Positions 54,655 through 64,000 of a DNA stretch of 64,000 nucleotides are shown in pieces. The notes beneath the pieces are model-generated. The model was not told where the DNA came from, made no database searches, and saw only the letters and a program-made list of their open reading frames with translations. This stretch comes from Antedon mediterranea. Its lineage: Eukaryota > Animalia > Echinodermata. The translations under genes and the position numbers were made by a program. The number at the start of each line of letters is the position of its first letter. The stretch's first letter is position 1. The stretch lies in assembly GCF_964355755.1 (NCBI RefSeq), contig NC_092672.1, forward strand, positions 20,845,237 to 20,909,236. The letters run 5' to 3'.

Positions 54655-56787
54655 AGAGAGAATATCAACAGCATTTTCCTTTACCTTTTTAAAACGACAT
54701 GCTGGTTTCTTTTTAACTTGGGGTGGAATGCATAGGCCTAGATTTAGTAATAATCTGAAAAAAAAATAGCGAAATACTAAACAAATTTTTATAAACATAT
54801 AACCACCTGTGACCTAGCCTAGCTAGGACCCGGAGAATTTAAATGGTTATTTGGCCCTACTACTATTATAGCCTAGACAGGCCTGCCTACTAAGTACTAG
54901 GCCCAGGCTAGGCTTGCAGAAAAGTGTAGTTCGTCTGATTTGATTTCAATTTATTAGGAAAATCATCATAAAAAATACATACAAAAGAAAGTGATAACAT
55001 AAATTACTGACATTACAAATAATACAATTATAAAAGATTTTGCAGGATAAAAGCTTACAGTAGGCCTAAAGCCTTGTGAAGTTGGTTACTTATTCCTTAT
55101 TCGACATTCCGGGTATTTTTTCCCTCACGGTTTATAGTAACCCAAAGTATTAATTAACATTATTATAACAATTAAATATGTTATAATAATTTAAAATGTT
55201 TGCTTTCATGCTACACTTAAATGGATAACACTCATTCTTCTATCCATATTATATCTTGTCAATACGCTATGGTACTGTAGATTCATTCCTCAATCAACAC
55301 ATCAGTTTATAATAGGCCTACCCTAAAACATGTACTCTAGTATATTCACTTGTATTGTAGGCATAGAAAGAACGTCTCTTTGGTAATAAATACTCTATTA
55401 CTAATTATAAACTATTTTAACTATTAATTTCTGATATTTTTTCCAGAAATAACATTTTTACAATGATTTTCAAGAGCACATATTCACAAACTTTTTGCAA
55501 CCACCTGTAAAATAAATTGAAAACAAACATTTATATACATTATTAGGCCTAAATAAACATTCATCCCTTATACCAAACAAATATTGACCAGAACCAATTA
55601 CAACCACAAAAGCGTATCAGCAACGCTCCATACCGAATACCCAATTTTATCGGAACCAAAATAAAACGTTATCTATTTTACCATATATCAAACATAAAAC
55701 TAGCGCATTGGGCCCTGCGCTAATACGATAGGGCCCAGAAAATGAGACGATAGAGACCAAAATGGTTCCTAACACATCATCATGAGACGATCGGGCCAAC
55801 GCATGAGACGATTGGGGTCGGACCAAACGCTGACGACGATCGGGACCACGTTTTCTGGGCCAACCAAGACGATCGGGCAGCAAATAAAAAAATTTTACTG
55901 TGATAACCGGCCTAGACTTAGGTTAGGCCTAATAATACCCTACCCAGGCCTACCTACCTAGTAGGTCTAGGCTAGTAGGCTAGGCTAGGCTAGTAGGCTA
56001 GGCCTAGCTAGCTAGGGGCAAGGCTAGGCGGTAATTCGGCTAGGCTAGCCTACCTAGATTTATTGCACCTGACCTGCATAATCCTACTATTGTATTCACC
56101 CTGTTTATAAAAGTGACCAGATCTACTTACCTATCTGGGAACTTCTTCCCGCTTGGGGCAAATCCAATGTAATATATTAATCCAATAGATATACTCGATA
56201 TAATACTGCCAATAGCCGTATCCTTCTTAACCACGGCAAACTCCGTGGCTAACTGCCCCGATTTCTGGTCTGCCCCAACCGTTGGCGCATGTCGGCGCCC
56301 AGACGTCTACGTCACTTGTACTGGATCCGGGCGCCCGCAGACGGTTGGTAGGTTCAGGCCATTCATTTATTGCCCACCCCCTGGGGTCGATACTACACTC
56401 CCCCCGGTTTTGAAAAGGAGGTAGTCGACCGGGGGTAACCCGGCTAGCGTTGCTACCCGGCCCATGAGACTGGGTTCACAGGATTCGCTAGCTCCTTGTG
56501 ACATAATAAACATGGCACCCGGCTGTGCGCCTGGTGCAAGTATAACTAAAAACAACTTCGGCGCACTTGTTAAGGTGTATCGGCCAATATTGAGCGCACG
56601 AGCTGCGAAATATTGACACATACCCTCCCTATGTAACGGAACCCGTTCTCCCCGATACGTAACCAATCCCGATTCAGCCACAGGTGTTTGTCGCCGGACT
56701 GGAGTTAAATAATTCCCCGTCTGGCGGTTTCCCCGGTTCCAGCCATCCCCTGATAGCCACTAAATCGGGATCTTAGCTTGAAATTGC

Positions 56788-59385
56788 TCAAGCCACGGGA
56801 GTATCCCCAACCACACCGTTCTGAGCCAAATTGCTGGCACAGAACGAAGACCCCCGTACGACCTCGATCGTAGTCCCACCTGGGTCCACCAACCCCTCCT
56901 CATTAGGGTCCGGTCCTGATTGCCGGATTTGTGAAATCGGAACTACGTCATCCACGTCCTCCCGGAAACGGACCCACCGGCTATGTGCCCTGACGCAATA
57001 AGAGCATCCCCCGCAAGGCAAATCCCCCGGATCAACCCCCTGCTCAAAATGGTCAACCGGTCTGGCCAGACGGGATAACGCATCTGCATTCCCATGTAGT
57101 ACCCCCTTACGATGCTCCAGGACAAGATTATAGAGGCTGAGTTCCTCTATCCACCTAGCTAATTGCCCTTGGGGGTTTTTAAACGACAGTAACCAGACCA
57201 GGCTGCTATGGTCTGTTCTAACCCGGAAAGGCCTACCCAAGAGATAGTGGCGAAAATGACGTGTCAAATACACCACCGCCAATAATTCTTTGCGGGTCGT
57301 ACAGTAATTGCGCTGCTCCGCCGTAAGACGGGTGCTAGCATACGCAATTACCCTCTCCTTTTCCCCTTGTACCTGTAGTAGTTCTCCCCCCAACGCCAGG
57401 TCCGACGCATCCACATCTAAAATGAATTCGTCCCTGGTATTAGGAAGGGTGAGAACAGGGGGTGTAATGAGAGCCAACTTTAAACCAGCAAAAGCAGCTT
57501 GCTGTTCGAGCCCCCATGCAAATGGCACCCCTTTACCCAGTAATTCGTACAACGGGCCAGCCTTATCGGCGAAATGGTCAATGAATTCCCGGTGGTAATT
57601 AGCCAGTCCCAGGAACTGCTGCAACTCCTTTACCGAGGTAGGTACGGGCCAATCCTGGACTACAGTAACATCTGTAGCCGAAATCGATAAGGCATCCCCA
57701 CCAACCACCCGGCCTAGGAATTCCACCTCCCGTTGGAAAAAGATACATTTTTTCGGCTTGAGCTTAAGGCTGCTGGCACGGAAACGTTCTAAAACATGTC
57801 GGACATTGCCCAAATGGTCATCAAAATTCCGTCCCATGACTACAATGTCGTCCAGAAAGGCAAGAACGGTGTCCCAAGCTAGCCCCCTCAGTACTAAACC
57901 CATAGCCCGTGAAAACGTGGCTGGGCAATTTGATAGCCCGAACGGCATTTTAACAAATTCAAATAGCCCGTACTTGGTAATGAATGCCGTTTTTCTCCTA
58001 TCCTCTTCCCCCATACTAATTTGCCAGTACCCCCATATGGCATCCAATTTGGTAAACCACGTGTTGCCCGACAAAGCGTCGAGACAATCCCGTACCAAGG
58101 GTAGAGGATAAGCGTCCTTAATTGTAACATTATTTAGAGCCCGGTAGTCGATACAGAACCGCACTGAGCCGTCCCGTTTGCGTACCAACACCGGTGGAGA
58201 GGCCCACTCGGACACTGAAGGCTGAACCACCCCTGCTTGTAACATTTTATTTATCTCCTTTTCCTCCTCCCCGGCGAAGTGCATGGGAGTTGGTCGGAGT
58301 CGTTGTCGAATTGGCGGCGCATCCCCCGTATCGATAGTATGCTCAATACCCTTCAGGGTCCCTATATCAAATTGATGAGCCGCAAAGACATCTTGAAACT
58401 CAATGAGCAGTTGTTTCGCCCTATCGAACTCGGAACCGGACAAGGTTTTCCTTACATCCGCTAACATCCCTTCCAGGTGTTGTGGTACCCCACCCTGTTT
58501 CGTGGAGGATTTCTCTGCACTGTCAACCCCTACGGTGGACACCGATGCCTCCTGAGAAGGCGCGTGATTACCCTCCCACTCAGTGGCATTCCCCACAACC
58601 TCTCCCTGTTTCAGTGTTACATATCTGTCCGTAAGATTCGCCACGCAAACTTTGGGAACAGTCCCACCCCGATGAATGGTAGATGGAATTAAAACTTTCC
58701 CCTGATTATCGGGTTCAATGAAATAATCGGGGAGATGCTCCCCTGTTACGTCCAACCGGCACAGTATATATCCCGCCGAAAACGGAGGAAGCACCCTGCG
58801 CTTGCCGACCGTCACCCGAGCAACCCTAGGGCTAACCTCCCCCGCCTCTTTGCGAAGCGAAAGTGTACTTGTTCCCACAGACAGTAATAATTTCCCACAA
58901 TCGATAAGAGCTCGATTGGGTATCAAAAAATCCCCTCCCAGCAACATATCGTCATTTATAGGCGCCACGTACATATACTCAGTGTACTCTTCGGAACCTA
59001 ATGCGAAAGTGACTGGGCCTACCCGATACCCTGGCATAGAAGTCCCCCTCCCTGCCAATTTAAAGGAAAGTTCTGCAATTATTGGTGGGGCGGGATCCAG
59101 CTTGGCAAACACCCGGTCTGAGAGAATTGTGTAATCAGCAGCGGTATCTACTACAGCTACCGTGTGAACCCCATTTACAAACACTGTGGCATGCAATGCC
59201 TTCGCCGACTCTACCCTATTTACCACTATGCATGGTCCCCTTTCCTTTAGACTAACCATGTCCACGGACACCTCCAGAGGAACCCCACCCGGGTACCCCT
59301 GTACCTCTTCCCGCTTAGCGCACGAGCCTTCAAAACGCTGGCAGTCGGTGGTCAGGCCCCGACCCCCGACCCCTACTCGTTTAAA
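56788..59385 (-). CDS. pol: Pol (protease, RT, RNase H) expressed by -1 frameshift; no integrase
   Basis: VVDTAAD protease; WASPPVLVRK, FCIDYRALN, DAYPLP, MPFGL, FLDD RT; DVDAS..E..RTDH..NADALSR RNase H. No HHCC or DDE integrase before the LTR. Confidence 0.92.
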   Translation of the reverse strand, partial: FKRVGVGGRGLTTDCQRFEGSCAKREEVQGYPGGVPLEVSVDMVSLKERGPCIVVNRVESAKALHATVFVNGVHTVAVVDTAADYTILSDRVFAKLDPAPPIIAELSFKLAGRGTSMPGYRVGPVTFALGSEEYTEYMYVAPINDDMLLGGDFLIPNRALIDCGKLLLSVGTSTLSLRKEAGEVSPRVARVTVGKRRVLPPFSAGYILCRLDVTGEHLPDYFIEPDNQGKVLIPSTIHRGGTVPKVCVANLTDRYVTLKQGEVVGNATEWEGNHAPSQEASVSTVGVDSAEKSSTKQGGVPQHLEGMLADVRKTLSGSEFDRAKQLLIEFQDVFAAHQFDIGTLKGIEHTIDTGDAPPIRQRLRPTPMHFAGEEEKEINKMLQAGVVQPSVSEWASPPVLVRKRDGSVRFCIDYRALNNVTIKDAYPLPLVRDCLDALSGNTWFTKLDAIWGYWQISMGEEDRRKTAFITKYGLFEFVKMPFGLSNCPATFSRAMGLVLRGLAWDTVLAFLDDIVVMGRNFDDHLGNVRHVLERFRASSLKLKPKKCIFFQREVEFLGRVVGGDALSISATDVTVVQDWPVPTSVKELQQFLGLANYHREFIDHFADKAGPLYELLGKGVPFAWGLEQQAAFAGLKLALITPPVLTLPNTRDEFILDVDASDLALGGELLQVQGEKERVIAYASTRLTAEQRNYCTTRKELLAVVYLTRHFRHYLLGRPFRVRTDHSSLVWLLSFKNPQGQLARWIEELSLYNLVLEHRKGVLHGNADALSRLARPVDHFEQGVDPGDLPCGGCSYCVRAHSRWVRFREDVDDVVPISQIRQSGPDPNEEGLVDPGGTTIEVVRGSSFCASNLAQNGVVGDTPVA
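59340..59385 (-). other. -1 ribosomal frameshift signal
   Basis: Slippery heptamer T TTA AAC (59379-59385) two codons before the gag stop, followed by GC-rich hairpin GTCGG-GGGTCGG-GG-CCTGACC-A-CCGAC. The -1 frame (SFKRV) is the pol frame. Confidence 0.85.
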
Positions 59386-61562
59386 GGATCTTCTTGTTCC
59401 CCCACCTGCCTGGCTTGACGCGCTAATTTCGGGCATTCCCTTTTGAAATGACCCACTTCATTACATTCAAAACAGCGGTCCCAGTTAGTAGTAGTGGATT
59501 GGGGAGGAGGTGACGGCCCCGAGCCCCCACCCAAACGATCCCCACCCTCTACTATTTCCAAGACCCTTTTTAACAACCCTTTAACCTGGGCCAAATCCGC
59601 CTCTATCGCCATAACCCTTTTACCTAACCCACCCGGCTGGGCCTCGGCCCCACCTCTAGGTGGTGGTCGGTAAAATCCCCTATTTTCCACCCCTGGCCTA
59701 CGCTCAACTAACCGCACTACGGGATCCCCCTCCACCTCACTATCGTTATCCTCCTCCAGTTGGACGGGCCTGGAAGAAAGCGGACGTGATTGTGTCGTCG
59801 GCCTAGTCGAGACCGATGGAGACCTTGCCTGGGGTGGTAGTGACGTCATTTCTTTTCCCCACTTAGTTTCATAAAGAGATTGGAGGCTGTTAAATTTATC
59901 ATACTTTCTAAGCGCCTCGGACATAGTCGCGCAATTTTCAAAAAGTACCAATTTTCCCACCCCCGTGTTACGGCACCCGATACAGAACTTCATGGCTGAA
60001 TGTCTCTGTATCCATTCATTAGAAAGCGGCTTGAATGCTTTCCTAGTTAGGGTTAATACCCGATCGGCCCATTCCCCTACTGACTCCGTTCCCTGTTGGG
60101 ATGCGGTCTCTAGTTTGGCCTGGAGGACCTCGGGAAGTTCATCCTCCGTAAACCGTTGGTCAAAGGCATGAATTATATCCCAAAAGGAAATGTCCCCATC
60201 CATTGTTACTAAATTGGTGTAGAGGTCCGCCGCAGCCCCCTCCACGCACCAACACAAAGCCTCTTTCATCTCCCAGGGCGAAAGATGATGCTCTTCCGAA
60301 AAAGCCCTAAACCTACGTTTAAAGAAAGCCCAGTTATCCTTCCCTCTATATACCAGGCTTCTCGGGACGTCCTTAGAACGGAAAGGTTCCCATCTTGGCC
60401 TACCACCCGACCTACTACCCCTAGTTCCAGCCCTTGGACCTCTATCCCTTCGGTCCTGGTACAATACTGGCCCCTCTTCGTATCTACCCCAGGGTTGTGG
60501 AACGACCCATGAATAGTCCCAGTCCTGACGACCTGGCCCCTCCCGCTGACGACCAGATGGCCATCCATACGGAGACTCGAACCCCTGGTATCCACCCCAC
60601 CTCCCGAATCGGTCCGAAGTCCAATCCGCTTCCTGGCGAGTAGGCATGTGCGAGGGTACTGGTCTCTCAACCCGTGGACGATATTCAGGACGGTCCCAAG
60701 TACCATCCCCATGGAACCCGTTCCCTGATCTATCTCCCCCCCATGAGTTACCCTCCCTCATATTTGGCCATTGTCGGCCTGTACCAACCTCGTCCCTTTG
60801 AGAATCCCTCCGTGGAGCCGGATATCCCCCTTTCGACACCGGAGTCCCATATCCTTTATTCCCGCTAAACTCCTTCCCCCCTCTACATGCGGATACCTCC
60901 CCAGCCTTGTACTGGAGAGTCGCTGCGTACTCTTCTGCGGAACCCACGTGAGCCTCCTCCCCACTAGAGTAACCCCCTTCCTGGTTCTCTGGAGAAAGAG
61001 AGAATTCCCTAAAGGACATAAACTTAAGCTTTTGCTCAGTGTTCCGGGAACGAATATCACCATTCCCGGGACTCACCTCCTGCTTTAGAGCACTTTTAAT
61101 CGTATAGGCGCCCTTACTAACCCCAGCAGACCCAGACGATGCCGACCCCTGCCGCCGGACCATCGAAGATACATCACCTAATCCATGGTGAGCCCTATCA
61201 AAAACTACTCCTTTTTCCCCAGAGCCTCCCCTATCAGCCCCACCCTCAGATCCTAAACGCTCGGCTGCGGAATGAACACCAAAATCATTCCGATCATCTA
61301 CCAATGACGACACAGAACCCAACATTCGACTAAAGTCCTCGGGTGACAACCTAGGGTTAGGTGCAAAATCAAATCTGTTCAAGAATTCTGGCTTCTTACT
61401 CAGACCCTTAATAGAACTTAAATCTATTACAGACGAAATATTACCCAATCTGGTCCTAAGAGACAGAATCTCGTCCGCCCGAACCACTCCTATCCCCGGA
61501 ATATCGCATAATTGTTCGAGTGTACAAAAATTCACCCGAATGCGATTACCGTCTATAGGCAT
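59373..61562 (-). CDS. gag: Gag (729 aa from ATG) with N-terminal helix-hairpin-helix (ComEA/HhH_3-like), capsid-like region and CCHC knuckle
   Basis: RVNFCTLEQLCDIPGIGVVRADEILSLRTRLGNISSVIDLSSIKGL (HhH-like); YRGKDNW..F..RF..W, QQGTESVGEWADRV (capsid MHR-like); CFECNEVGHFKREC. Confidence 0.9.
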   Translation of the reverse strand: MPIDGNRIRVNFCTLEQLCDIPGIGVVRADEILSLRTRLGNISSVIDLSSIKGLSKKPEFLNRFDFAPNPRLSPEDFSRMLGSVSSLVDDRNDFGVHSAAERLGSEGGADRGGSGEKGVVFDRAHHGLGDVSSMVRRQGSASSGSAGVSKGAYTIKSALKQEVSPGNGDIRSRNTEQKLKFMSFREFSLSPENQEGGYSSGEEAHVGSAEEYAATLQYKAGEVSACRGGKEFSGNKGYGTPVSKGGYPAPRRDSQRDEVGTGRQWPNMREGNSWGGDRSGNGFHGDGTWDRPEYRPRVERPVPSHMPTRQEADWTSDRFGRWGGYQGFESPYGWPSGRQREGPGRQDWDYSWVVPQPWGRYEEGPVLYQDRRDRGPRAGTRGSRSGGRPRWEPFRSKDVPRSLVYRGKDNWAFFKRRFRAFSEEHHLSPWEMKEALCWCVEGAAADLYTNLVTMDGDISFWDIIHAFDQRFTEDELPEVLQAKLETASQQGTESVGEWADRVLTLTRKAFKPLSNEWIQRHSAMKFCIGCRNTGVGKLVLFENCATMSEALRKYDKFNSLQSLYETKWGKEMTSLPPQARSPSVSTRPTTQSRPLSSRPVQLEEDNDSEVEGDPVVRLVERRPGVENRGFYRPPPRGGAEAQPGGLGKRVMAIEADLAQVKGLLKRVLEIVEGGDRLGGGSGPSPPPQSTTTNWDRCFECNEVGHFKRECPKLARQARQVGEQEDPLNE

Positions 61563-61886
61563 GATAATCCAGATACTACTATTAACTACAATACCAAAAC
61601 TGGAAGGTTTGAAACCCGCCGCTGGAGATCGATTCGTGACTTCCAAAAGCGGAATAAATATTAATTAACAATCAATTAATTAATAAAAATCCTAATGGAC
61701 ACACCAATGTCTGTATCCAATTAATTAATACTTACCGCAACACACCGTACCGTAATAACGCGGTAAATGCTTTTCCTACCAACCTTGGAAACTAATTTGC
61801 ATAATATGCGGAACAAGTGTGTCTTCTATCGCACACACAAATTCCTCAGGAAAACAAGCAAAAATACAGGAATAATTATCCCTTTT

Positions 61887-61900
61887 TGCTCGCAGCGCCA
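61887..61900 (-). promoter_or_regulatory. Primer-binding site, probably tRNA-Ser
   Basis: Plus strand TGCTCGCAGCGCCA resembles a tRNA-Ser 3' end with CCA, next to the 5' LTR. Confidence 0.7.
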
Positions 61901-62699
61901 ATATTGTATTCACCCTGTTTATAAAAGTGACCAGATCTACTTACCTATCTGGGAACTTCTTCCCGCTTGGGGCAAATCCAATGTAATATATTAATCCAAT
62001 AGATATACTCGATATAATACTGCCAATAGCCGTATCCTTCTTAACCACGGCAAACTCCGTGGCTAACTGCCCCGATTTCTGGTCTGCCCCAACCGTTGGC
62101 GCATGTCGGCGCCCAGACGTCTACGTCACTTGTACTGGATCCGGGCGCCCGCAGACGGTTGGTAGGTTCAGGCCATTCATTTATTGCCCACCCCCTGGGG
62201 TCGATACTACACTACATTGCCTGTCTGTACTAGCTTAGCCTAGCTAGGCGCCGCCGCCTAGTAATTGCATTAATTTAGTAACTTACTTTTTTGCCTACTG
62301 GAATGTAATTATTGCTTTTTTCCATCAAAATAGTTGTCATTTTGATAAATAAAAAAACCGCTGTGTACCGCCCTCTCTGTTATGACTCGGTGACCTTTTA
62401 AAATAAACAGCTGAGCTAACACATGTTTTTTGTTATGATTTTTGCGATCAATCAATGATATGTTTGTAGCATAATAATTCTAATATTTGCTACGTCTACT
62501 CTAAGACCCGTAAGGTCCGTATTAATAACTGGACTATCTCTGGATTTAGTCTGGACAATCTTTAGTCCTGGACTAAACCAGTATTAAAATCGGCAAAAGA
62601 TAGTCATGAATACGGGCCAGTGTGATTGTGGCCTACACTATGGCTATGCAGTCATTCACAGTAGGCCTACGCATTAACCTCAACAACAGTCACTGACGT

Positions 62700-63600
62700 G
62701 TGGTGGCGCCAGCGGGGGGGCTACGGGGGCTCTAGCCCCCTCGTCGGGGAGCCTAGCCCCCCCGTCGGGGAACACGGGTACTTTTTGTCGGGGAATATAA
62801 TATACAGTAAAAAACGTTCGCGTTCACTTCATAGTAGTCTGGGTTCCAGACGGAGTTTTGTCTTAATATTAGTAAAAAGATAAATATTTTGGCACATATG
62901 GCGTTTCATACGTATACTACTTGAATTGTATTTTCAGACAAAAATCGCGGTCGAAATAAAAACAAATAAATTTTAAAAAAAGATAATACAGACTTGGGGC
63001 AAGTCTAACTTCATAGCTTCAGCGCCTAGAAAACCACGACGTTCCATTGACCGTGAGAGTACGTCAGAGGGCTAATATGCACTTTTATGCATTCATTTAT
63101 TGCCAGCGATCTAACTTACTACTAAACATTAGCTAGGTACGCACTTGTCTGGCGGTATCCCTTTGTACGAATCGTTCAACGTTGGGTGAGACGCGTGATA
63201 TCAAGTTCCATCCAGGTACCAAAAATGTGTAATGTAGTTATTTTCCAGGCGAAGTTTACCGACGGTTACCGAAGGGAACACGGGTACTTTTTGTCGGGGA
63301 ATATAATATACAGTAAAAAGCGTTCGCGTTCACTTCGTAGCTAGCTTCAGCGCCTAGAAAACCGCGACGTTTCATTGACCGTGAGAGTACGTCAGAGTGA
63401 TATTATGCACTTTATATGCATTCATTATTGCCAGCGATCTAACTTACTATAGAAAACAATAGCTAGGTTCGCACTTGTCTGGCGGTATCCATTTGTACGA
63501 ATCGTTCAACGTTGTCGAGACGCGTGATATCATGTTCCATCCAGCGACCAAAATGTGTACTGTAGTTATTTTCCAGGCGAAGTTTACTGACGGTTACGTC
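62700..63600. repeat. Probable non-autonomous DNA transposon end with an internal ~300-bp direct duplication
   Basis: GGTGGCGCCAGCGGGGGGGCTACGGGGGCTCTAGCCCC start (hAT-MITE-like). Blocks at 62769-62833 and 63015-63270 recur at 63275-63597. Confidence 0.5.
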
Positions 63601-64000
63601 GTGTACTGCGTCGACGTACTACACTACAGCAAAAACGAATTATGTTAATTGTTCGTATGTTCACCATTTTTTTAAATTTACAAGTAACCTTCTGTACCGT
63701 GGGGCACCTGAAATAAATTTTCATCCATTACTAAACAAAAAAACATGCAACTTAATTTTCGCTTAGCCAACATCTTATTATAGCTAAGTTATTACATTTT
63801 CAATGTCCTGTGTATGTCATGAATTTCTCACCACTCGGAAGTCCAGATGGTACACACGCATACACTTGGGAGGAATAAACTTATTTCCCCGACTGAAAAA
63901 GGTCTACGCTTGCGTTTTTTAAGCCTCTAGGCCGGGCTCTAGGCCTGATGTTTCCAAAGTATAAAATGCAATTTTTTGAAGACATGCAGCTCTAGTTTTA

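Larger units (their letters stand above)
56088..62211 (-). mobile_element. Ty3/Gypsy LTR retrotransposon, recent insertion, integrase deleted
   Basis: 310-bp LTRs at 56088-56397 and 61902-62211 with no difference seen; TSD CTAC (56084-87, 62212-15); PBS TGGCGCTGCGAGCA; PPT AAAACCGGGGGGGAG; gag then PR-RT-RH. Confidence 0.97.
44260..62340 (-). pseudogene. MYO19: Unconventional myosin XIX-like gene, 5'-partial (motor domain only), frameshifted
   Basis: Exons encode DDLVLLNPL, LNCLRERYLAGRYHT..LNPFK, QSIIVSGESGSGK/TWNARCLLKY (the GKTW..RCL signature fits MYO19), [102 protein letters not shown]. Exon 50788-50902 is 115 nt (+1 frameshift). No further myosin exons before the LINE. First exon 62287-62340 is tentative. 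Confidence 0.85.

Noticed and set aside
54684-55504. Candidate extra 5' exons of MYO19
   Set aside because: Acceptor-like sites exist, but frames are not consistent with the putative first exon; they may be UTR and cannot be resolved without transcripts.
56367-56681. 104-aa ORF as an env or third gene of the Gypsy element
   Set aside because: GTG start, overlaps the integrase stub, PPT and LTR, and has no signal peptide or recognisable motif.
57308-61333. Plus-strand ORFs within the Gypsy element
   Set aside because: Antisense shadows of GC-rich gag/pol.

Overview
AT-rich, repeat-dense, intron-containing animal genomic DNA, probably an invertebrate (the lineage is not provable from this window). 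It is not prokaryotic, so most short ORFs in the track are exon fragments or repeat read-throughs. Three host-derived loci lie on the minus strand: (1) a 5'-partial myosin XIX-like (MYO19) copy at about 44260-62340 with a frameshift before the P-loop and a switch-I R->C change; (2) directly downstream, a 14-exon Roc-COR (ROCO)-like gene ending in tandem death-effector-like domains (30010-41350), open for 841 codons but with no P-loop; (3) a near-identical, damaged duplicate of that ROCO gene (6272-14520) that keeps the original 5' exons. Mobile DNA includes a very recent Ty3/Gypsy element (56088-62211; apparently identical LTRs, 4-bp TSD) with a helix-hairpin-helix-bearing Gag and intact PR-RT-RNaseH but no integrase, RTE-like and Rex1/Babar-like LINE fragments, a DIRS/Ngaro gag remnant, an Academ-like long-TIR element carrying a tRNA-Ala copy, a second LTR with a tRNA-Ala PBS, SINEs, Helentron-type elements and MITEs. 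There are more than ten minisatellites, three of them amplifying exon boundaries. A decayed cluster of intronless orphan ORFs (about 17.9-22.5 kb) looks like an endogenous viral remnant. All coordinates and translations were read by eye and may be off by a few bases.
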